From: Paraspadella gotoi
Lineage: Eukaryota; Animalia; Chaetognatha
Reading direction: 5' to 3'
Assembly (NCBI GenBank): GCA_051294375.1
Contig: JBJCIZ010000299.1
Location: 1 to 13,750 of the forward strand
DNA: 13,750 nt
Below the pieces are notes generated by a model that was not told where the DNA came from, ran no database searches, and saw only the letters and a list, made by a program, of their open reading frames with translations. Below are positions 7,531-13,750 of this stretch, one piece after another. The position numbers were made by a program, and so were the translations under genes. Within the stretch, counting starts at the first letter, position 1. Each line of letters begins with the position of its first letter.

Positions 7531-10451
7531 GTCGTCGACGTTGTTATCTTTTTTCGGCAGCACAATCGGGTGGCGGACGCTGTATGGAAGATTTGCCTTT
7601 CCAATTCTACCGCCAACACGAATGACGTCTTCGTTGTCGAGGAAAGGATTCAACGAGCGGAGTTTCGATTTTTTAAGCGTTAACTCCGCGCGTGCGTCCG
7701 GTGAGCGAATGTTTTTCTCTTTAAGCTGACGATACTCGTCTGCGTAATATTTTTGTTGTAAAGCACGACAAAGCAGTTTTTCGGCATCTTTCGTATCTTT
7801 TAATGTGGTCGCATGAATTTTTTGTGGCTGAGCATTCNNNNNNNNNNTTAATGCCCGTCTCCATTCGATCCAGCGGGAAACGCATTTTTTCATTCCCGCG
7901 ATCAAATAGAGTTTTTTACGCGTATCCGACGTTTGTTTTGCAATCTGCAAAACCCAGTTTTCTTTCGATTTCTCATCATTCTCGTTCTCGATTTCTTCCG
8001 CCTCAGTCGCGAGGACGTCTGACGCTAACGGCGTCGGGGAGAGCTTCTGTTCCGGCCATTCTTCTTCCGGACGTCGGAGGAAATCAGGACCGGCGTGGAA
8101 ACGTGTCCACTTGACGTCGTCGACGGAGAGACCGCGGCTGCAGTCATCGGCGGGGTTCTCATCCGTGTGTACATATCTCCATTCGCTGACGTCTGTCAAT
8201 TCCTAATGCGAGACAAACGGTTTTTAAAAAAAGCAGCAAATTTCGATTTTCTATCAAATATTTGTTTCAATACAGTTTCTGAATCTGTCCACATGACCAC
8301 TTTTTCAAACTTGTCATTGGAGCATTCCTCGACGATAGTGTGTCGGACTTCAGCTGCAAGACAGGCCGCCGTGAGTTCCAATCGCGGGATGGAATTATGG
8401 TGTGAAGCCTTCGCCGAATCGAGGGAGTGACTCTGGCCCTGGATAAAACAAAGGCAACGTGAGATTCACCCCGTCCGGGGGTAAAGTTCGACGGTATACA
8501 GATACACCATAACCCTCATGACTAGCATCGGAAAACACGTGTAACTCAGCCTTATCGTTAGTTGTTTCCCGTGTCGCTATCCATCGTCTGATCTCGAAGT
8601 CCTTCAACTTGGGCATTTGTTCTCGCCAAGCGTCGAATTCTTTGACAATCTCGTCGGGCAGTGGGGAATCCCAATCAACCGCTGCAGCCGTAGCCCGTTG
8701 AAATAGGCTTCGGCCTTTGAGAATGAAAGGAGAAACTAGGCCTAACGGGTCAAACAGGCTCGCCGTTANNNNNNNNNNGTCGCTTCGTCAGGCACCTTTT
8801 CGCGATCTTTTCTTCATTTACGCCGAAAGAGAAGACGTCACGTTGAAACGTATAGCGTGTACCTAGTACCTTGTCAAATTGTTCGTTTTTATCGTCGTCA
8901 TCTTTGCCGTCCGTGAGTGATTTTTCTCCGNNNNNNNNNNTGTCTGGTTCGTCTTCCAACACCGCTGGCGACGAGCACTTCCATTTGGTCAGATCAAAGC
9001 CTCCCCGACGGAGAGCATCCGTCAAGCCTTCCTTCAGATCACGCGCAGACTGAACGTCCGGGGTAGATCCGAGAAAGTCATCAACGTAGAACTGGTTGAT
9101 GATGGCCTCGACCACTTCCAATGGAATCATGCCTCTCATCGACTCGGCGTGCGTCTTCAGCGTATAATTCGCGACAACTGGGGAGCTTTTCGCACCAAAG
9201 ATGTGTACCTTGAGTTCAAAAAGAGCCAGTTTAGTACAAGCGTCATCTTCAAACCACCAATATCGAAAAACGTGAACGTCATTCTCGTCTACGAATACCT
9301 GGTGGAAGAACCCGCGTATATCCGCTGAAAGGGCTATCTCATGTCGTCGAAAGCGAAGTAGAACCCCGAGCATGTTAGTCATGTAATCAGGGCCGGTAAG
9401 TAATTCATCGTTCAGGCATCTACCTCTTACGCTCGCACGGGCATCGTGGCAGATTCGTACTTTGTCCTTGTCGGGTCGAACGACGACGAGAAGGGGAAGG
9501 ATCCATTGTGGAAGTGACGCCGGTAAGTTGTCCATATCCACCTTGGTCGCGTGACCCTCTTCGACGAATTTCTTCATCTCGTCGACGACCCTCTTTTTGT
9601 CTCCCTGGCGGCGCTCAAGTTTCCTCATGAGGGAACGGAGACGGTTAAGAGCCATCGTTCCCGAGTCTCTNNNNNNNNNNATCTCAGCCGCCTTTTCTCT
9701 ACCTCGCATCCATGGGAGGCCAACAAAATAATGGCCTACTTCGTCGTCGAACTTGATTGTAGCCTTTAACTGTTCCATGGCGAATTCGTCTTCAACCGAC
9801 GGGAGTTTCTTAGTGCTCGGCNNNNNNNNNNAGTCGCGATGGAAAAGACGTCGAACGTCTTCTCTCAATCTATCCTCATCTTCTTCGACGTACTCGGCAG
9901 TCATGCGTGCGCAATTCACGTCGTCGCTGCCTTTTCCGTCTCTGGGGCCGATCAAGGTCCAGCCGAACATTGTTTTAATGGCTACCGGCTGATCTTGTGG
10001 GCCTCGTCGTACTTCTCCATCAACCCAGGTGTAGGCGTAGTTTGCCGGGAGGAGCACACAACCTCCTTGTCGGGAAGATTGGGAAACGTTACCCCTTGAG
10101 ATGAGGTTTGTCGGCCACATCTGCATCGCATGGGGGGAGGTCGTCCTCTGATGTCAGCAAACATCCCACGATCGCTTTCCTGATAGAGAGAGAAAAGGTT
10201 CCATCAAGAGGTTCAATGTTGAAATCAGCAATTTTTTTCTCTACAATGACATCGCTATCTAATGTTCTAATTCTCATTTTTACATCATCGCATATTATAC
10301 TTAGATCATTTGCAATGTTTTCTTTCAATACGCAGCGATTACAGCCGCTATCGATCATTGCGTAGGTCGTGCGTTTGCGTCCGTTCAATTCGACGACGAC
10401 CGGCACGACAGGACGGAAGGTCGCCTCGCCAGGAGCGGACGCAACTGCTAG
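6425..10451 (-). CDS. pol: Pol polyprotein (aspartic protease, RT, RNase H, integrase), ~1340 aa, split by several single-base frameshifts in this sequence
   Basis: ORF pieces 10089-10406, 8750-10126, 8395-8616, 8196-8381, 6601-8199 and 6425-6709 tile into one polyprotein ending LVPLECD*. Confidence 0.92.
8125..8770 (-). other. Pao-type connection/RNase H region
   Basis: ASLFDPLGLVSPFILKGR, WDSPLP, LHVFSDASHEGYG, SIPRLELTAA, WTDSETVL, WRYVHTDENPADDCSRG. Confidence 0.9.
8960..9520 (-). other. Reverse transcriptase core
   Basis: KVRICHDARA, CLNDELLTGPD, ALSADIRGFFHQV, HIFGAKSSP, FYVDDFL (YVDD 9077-9088), GGFDLTKW. Confidence 0.95.
10089..10451 (-). other. Aspartic protease domain
   Basis: PVVPVVVE...TYAMIDSGCNRC (DSG active site ~10344-10352), then PHLKG(V)TFP. 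Confidence 0.88.
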
Positions 10452-10454
10452 TCA
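10375..10454 (-). promoter_or_regulatory. Putative stop-codon readthrough signal: TGA-CTAG plus 3' stem-loop
   Basis: The gag stop TGA (10454-10452) is followed by CTAG and an open, in-frame path into protease. TTGCGTCCG (10444-10436) is the reverse complement of CGGACGCAA (10383-10375). Confidence 0.7.
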
Positions 10455-13400
10455 ACTATTGAACGTTCCCGCCTGTGGGGTGGGCGTCATCGCCGGCGCT
10501 GTTGCCGTCGCTGGAGCCGCGGGAACCGTTGTCGTTAATCTCGGTTGATCTGTTTCGACCCGTCCTCCTGAAGCTGTCGACGTGACGTTCGCCGTCCCAG
10601 GGTCCTGCAAAAGGGGCTGGGGTGGAGAAAAAACAGCATAGGAGGAAGGGGGAGGTTGAAAGAAGGCAGGTNNNNNNNNNNCGGGAGCGGGAGTTTGGAC
10701 ATAGACCGGCTGTGGCTGATATTGGGCCACCTGGTTAGCCGGTGTCTGTCGGCGCACCGGCGCCGCGNNNNNNNNNNTGGGATGATGATTTCCCCTGCAC
10801 AGATTACATGGTACACCACTTCTGCATCTTATCGCTAAATGATTGGGGTTCAAACATTTAAAACACAGTCTTCGGCCTGCCGCCAAGTCGGCTCTCGCCT
10901 GGATGCCGAGTGCCTGATAGCCTGGACACTCCCAGATCATGTGGGCCTGTCCGCAAAAGTGACAGTGTGGATTTGCCGGACGCGTCGGCGTTGATGAGTA
11001 CATTGGGATTCCTGGAGCATTCGTCGTCATTTGGATCTGGGTGGCAGGCGTTGCGATCGTCTGCTGTACCGGCTGCTGAATCGACTGCTGTACCGGCTGA
11101 ACGGCCGGGTAAATCGGCCGTTGGGCTGTCACATAGGCGCATCCAGCTTCTGGTGGAGGCGCCGGCGGGGCCGTCTCTGTTACACTCGTTTTTCGTTGTC
11201 TCTTCTTTTTCTTCTTTTTCTTTTGCGGCTCCGGTGTGGCGTTCTCAGCTGTATCAGATGAATCGAATGAATCTGTTACTCTTGTCTCTTTCTGTTGGGC
11301 CGCCGTGCCCCCACCGTTCGTCGACGGGGGAGGCGGGCCTGAGTTCGCCGCAACTGCCGCCACCGAGGCCGTCGTCGTCTTTTTCTTTTTATGGTAAACC
11401 GACTTCACTGCAACGAGATGAATCTTAAGAAATTCGATCAGTTGATAAAGCGTGAGTTTTCGGCCAGTTCTAAAAATCGATTGTGAATTTTCCTCTGCGA
11501 ATTTGTCTTTCCATTGAGGAAATTTAGCGTCGAGAATTTCTGATATAACCGTATCGCGATTTAAATCACGTAATCGGCCTTTTGCCTCCGCGATGCCAGC
11601 AATATTCTCTAGTCGCGTGATTGTCTCGTCGATCTCCGTCGCTTCCGTCGCCTTGCCCCCGGATAAACAATCTTTTAACATTTCGTGAGGCGAGGCGTCG
11701 GGTCGTCCGAACTCCTGATGAAGCATCGCGATGGCTTCGTCCACGGCCGCTGAATAGTCTGTGCGATGAAAGTATTTTTGTAATTTGAGTCGGGCGAGGC
11801 CGCTGAACCAGTGGCGTAGCTCCTGGTGGCGCATCTGAGGAGTAACGCCGGGCTGGGTCATCGCTGCCTCCCATTGTCTCATATGAATTTCGAAAACGAC
11901 TTTATTTGATGCTCCTTCATTCTTGAACATTTCTTCTGGACGTAAATCTTTGAGCATACGAATTGTCGNNNNNNNNNNCTGCGAATGTAGGTATTGTTGC
12001 AGTCTGTCATTTTCGGCGGGCTGGGCCTCAGGAGGCGGAGCCGCCTCCCGGGGCTCGCCCCCACCGTTTCTCTCTCGACGAAAGGCACTCAAATTCTCTT
12101 GTAATTGTCGAAGCTGTTNNNNNNNNNNCGCGATTTGAGCTTGTTGAACGTCGATCACGGGATCTCTTTCTCTCTCACGATGAGGGACGTCTCCCCGCAG
12201 GGGAGGGTCGTGGAGAGACGGAGCTGGAGGTGGATGAGGAGTGGAGTGAGGCTGCGACGGTGCCCGAGGCGGCGAGGGCGGGGTTTCCACCCTTGGGGCG
12301 GTGCTTCCGTCGCCTGGGCGGCTCATGAGCATCGTGACCATCCTCACCACCGTAGATTCGAAATTTCTTTCGTAATTTTCTCTCTCCGCGCGCCAGTTTT
12401 CTCGGTCAACTCTCCATTGTTCTCTCTCAACTTCGTGAGCAGCAACTTGCCGTTGCGCGATCGTCTCGATCGCTGATAACCTTTCGCTCAATGTTGTTAG
12501 GTTGGTCGCCGACGGGCTGTTATCGGCCGAAGGTCCAGCCCCTCCAACGTGTAAGGCGTTCAAACCCGTCGCTAGATCGGCCAGACCTCTCGGCCGAGGC
12601 GCGNNNNNNNNNNCCACCTCAGCAGGAATCGGGATAGGCGCCGGCAACGCGGGGAAGATCGGCGCCGGCCCCGAAGTGACCGTCGGCGCGATAGACGTTA
12701 CTGGGATTCGTCGGGAACGTGCATCATTCGCTAATCGGTCTGTTGCAGACTCTCTTGCAGCTCGTAGCCGTCGTCGAGCTGATTGTCTCTCCGCTGCTTG
12801 TCGCAATCGATCGTTCTCTTCTTGCAGGGCCGCTAACTCTCTCTCATAATCTTCTTCAGTGCGTGATGCTCTGAGAGTTCGGTTGTCGACGGCCCGTTGT
12901 ACCGCCTCTTCGAGAGCTCGTTGCCGTCCGTCGGCTGAGCTACCGTGAGGTGAAATTATCGTCGTAGTAGGGGCCGTATTCACGACCGTGGCGGTGACCA
13001 CGGTTGATGTCGCAGTCGCCGTCGCCACGGTAGCCATTGTTCTCATTGGTAAAGTCGCCGCCCCGGAAGTCGGGTTCCTGCGCGAGACCGGCACGAAGGC
13101 GCTGGTATAGGTCCCGTGTGGCGGCGATCGCTTGGTGAGACCCGAGGTAGGAGGAGTCATGAAGGCCGTCTGAAACAACGGGGGCGCTGTTACAGAAGAC
13201 CTCAGGCGGCGCGCTATCGGATCTTGATCATCTGCCGATGTCGTCGCCCCCCCTCCCACAGTCATTGTTGAGCGTCCGCTGCTACTCCGTCCTCTTCCCA
13301 CAACTGGCGCTGTAAGGTCAGGGGGGAGAAGGTACGGGGATCCGGCCCGGGAACCGGGACCGGATACAGGATCAGCAACGATCGTGTCATCGCATGGAAC

Positions 13401-13721
13401 CGCCAAAAGCGGCGGAAAAGGAGGGTTCTCATGGAGAATATCTCTTACCCTATCAATTTCTCGTGACAATATGTGTGTCGTTCTCAATCTGCACTCTCCC
13501 GCTAAGCGCATCGCCTCTTGTTGCTTGTTCTCCAGCGCCTCCCTCATGNNNNNNNNNNTGCGGTCCGCTGACGTGCCCGTCTCGAGAGCCCTCGCGAAAA
13601 GGCTCTGAAACGTTTGCCGAAGACATTCGAGCTGTTCGGCGAACTCGTCCGGTCCGACTCCATCTGCTCCATTCTGAGGGGCGCCGTTTATTTGAGGTGC
13701 CGATGCCATCGCGTGGACCAT
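10452..13721 (-). CDS. gag: Gag-like protein, 1089 aa
   Basis: Uninterrupted ORF with a capsid-like helical region (WEAAMTQPGVTPQMRHQELRHWFSGLA). Three knuckles at ~10770-10965: CHFCGQAHMIWEC, CFKCLNPNHLAIRC and CNLCRGNHH. Poly-Lys NLS-like KKKKKKKRQRK. Confidence 0.92.
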   Translation of the reverse strand: MVHAMASAPQINGAPQNGADGVGPDEFAEQLECLRQTFQSLFARALETGTSADRXXXXMREALENKQQEAMRLAGECRLRTTHILSREIDRVRDILHENPPFPPLLAVPCDDTIVADPVSGPGSRAGSPYLLPPDLTAPVVGRGRSSSGRSTMTVGGGATTSADDQDPIARRLRSSVTAPPLFQTAFMTPPTSGLTKRSPPHGTYTSAFVPVSRRNPTSGAATLPMRTMATVATATATSTVVTATVVNTAPTTTIISPHGSSADGRQRALEEAVQRAVDNRTLRASRTEEDYERELAALQEENDRLRQAAERQSARRRLRAARESATDRLANDARSRRIPVTSIAPTVTSGPAPIFPALPAPIPIPAEVXXXXAPRPRGLADLATGLNALHVGGAGPSADNSPSATNLTTLSERLSAIETIAQRQVAAHEVEREQWRVDRENWRAERENYERNFESTVVRMVTMLMSRPGDGSTAPRVETPPSPPRAPSQPHSTPHPPPAPSLHDPPLRGDVPHRERERDPVIDVQQAQIAXXXXQLRQLQENLSAFRRERNGGGEPREAAPPPEAQPAENDRLQQYLHSQXXXXTIRMLKDLRPEEMFKNEGASNKVVFEIHMRQWEAAMTQPGVTPQMRHQELRHWFSGLARLKLQKYFHRTDYSAAVDEAIAMLHQEFGRPDASPHEMLKDCLSGGKATEATEIDETITRLENIAGIAEAKGRLRDLNRDTVISEILDAKFPQWKDKFAEENSQSIFRTGRKLTLYQLIEFLKIHLVAVKSVYHKKKKTTTASVAAVAANSGPPPPSTNGGGTAAQQKETRVTDSFDSSDTAENATPEPQKKKKKKKRQRKTSVTETAPPAPPPEAGCAYVTAQRPIYPAVQPVQQSIQQPVQQTIATPATQIQMTTNAPGIPMYSSTPTRPANPHCHFCGQAHMIWECPGYQALGIQARADLAAGRRLCFKCLNPNHLAIRCRSGVPCNLCRGNHHPXXXXAAPVRRQTPANQVAQYQPQPVYVQTPAPXXXXPAFFQPPPSSYAVFSPPQPLLQDPGTANVTSTASGGRVETDQPRLTTTVPAAPATATAPAMTPTPQAGTFNS

Positions 13722-13750
13722 GTAAGGAGAGAAACAGATCTATTTTATAT

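Larger units (their letters stand above)
2165..13750 (-). mobile_element. BEL/Pao (Belpaoviridae) LTR retrotransposon with an extra 3' gene; 5' end outside the window
   Basis: Gag has three BEL-type Cys/His knuckles. Domain order is PR-RT-RH-IN. Pao-type motifs are present (FDPLGLVSP, LHVFSDAS, SIPRLEL, W(R)YVHTDENPAD, RWTKEYV...W..ARV). A PPT and a TGTAG...CTACA LTR candidate lie at the 3' end. Confidence 0.95.

Noticed and set aside
3576-13558. Recurrent 10-nt N blocks
   Set aside because: These are length-preserving masks, not biology. The block at 5277-5286 corresponds to exactly 10 nt in the neighbouring repeat copy, and frames mostly continue across them.
13719-13750. Pyrimidine tract (TGTTTCTCTCCTTAC) just before the gag ATG looks like a splice acceptor
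   Set aside because: There is no AG at the expected position (it reads TTACATG), and the site is at the window edge, so it cannot be supported.

Overview
Eukaryotic repeat DNA with a nested insertion. Positions 1-~2164 (+) are a decayed, frameshifted L1/Tx1-type LINE ORF2 (APE endonuclease plus reverse transcriptase). It is cut off by an apparently young BEL/Pao LTR retrotransposon on the minus strand that fills the rest of the window; the element's 5' LTR and PBS lie beyond the right edge. In element order: a long gag (1089 aa, triple zinc knuckle); an in-frame TGA-CTAG stop followed by an extended stem-loop, suggesting Gag-Pol is made by stop-codon readthrough; pol (PR-RT-RNaseH-IN) with several single-base frameshifts, mostly at homopolymers; then about 3.6 kb of extra sequence; and finally a hairpin, PPT and an ~600 bp 3' LTR (TGTAG...CTACA). 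The extra sequence holds a non-env accessory gene. It has a branch point and splice acceptor 30 nt before its ATG, and a GT-AG intron joins the two apparent ORFs in frame into one ~707 aa protein. The readthrough cassette and the spliced accessory gene are the most interesting observations.
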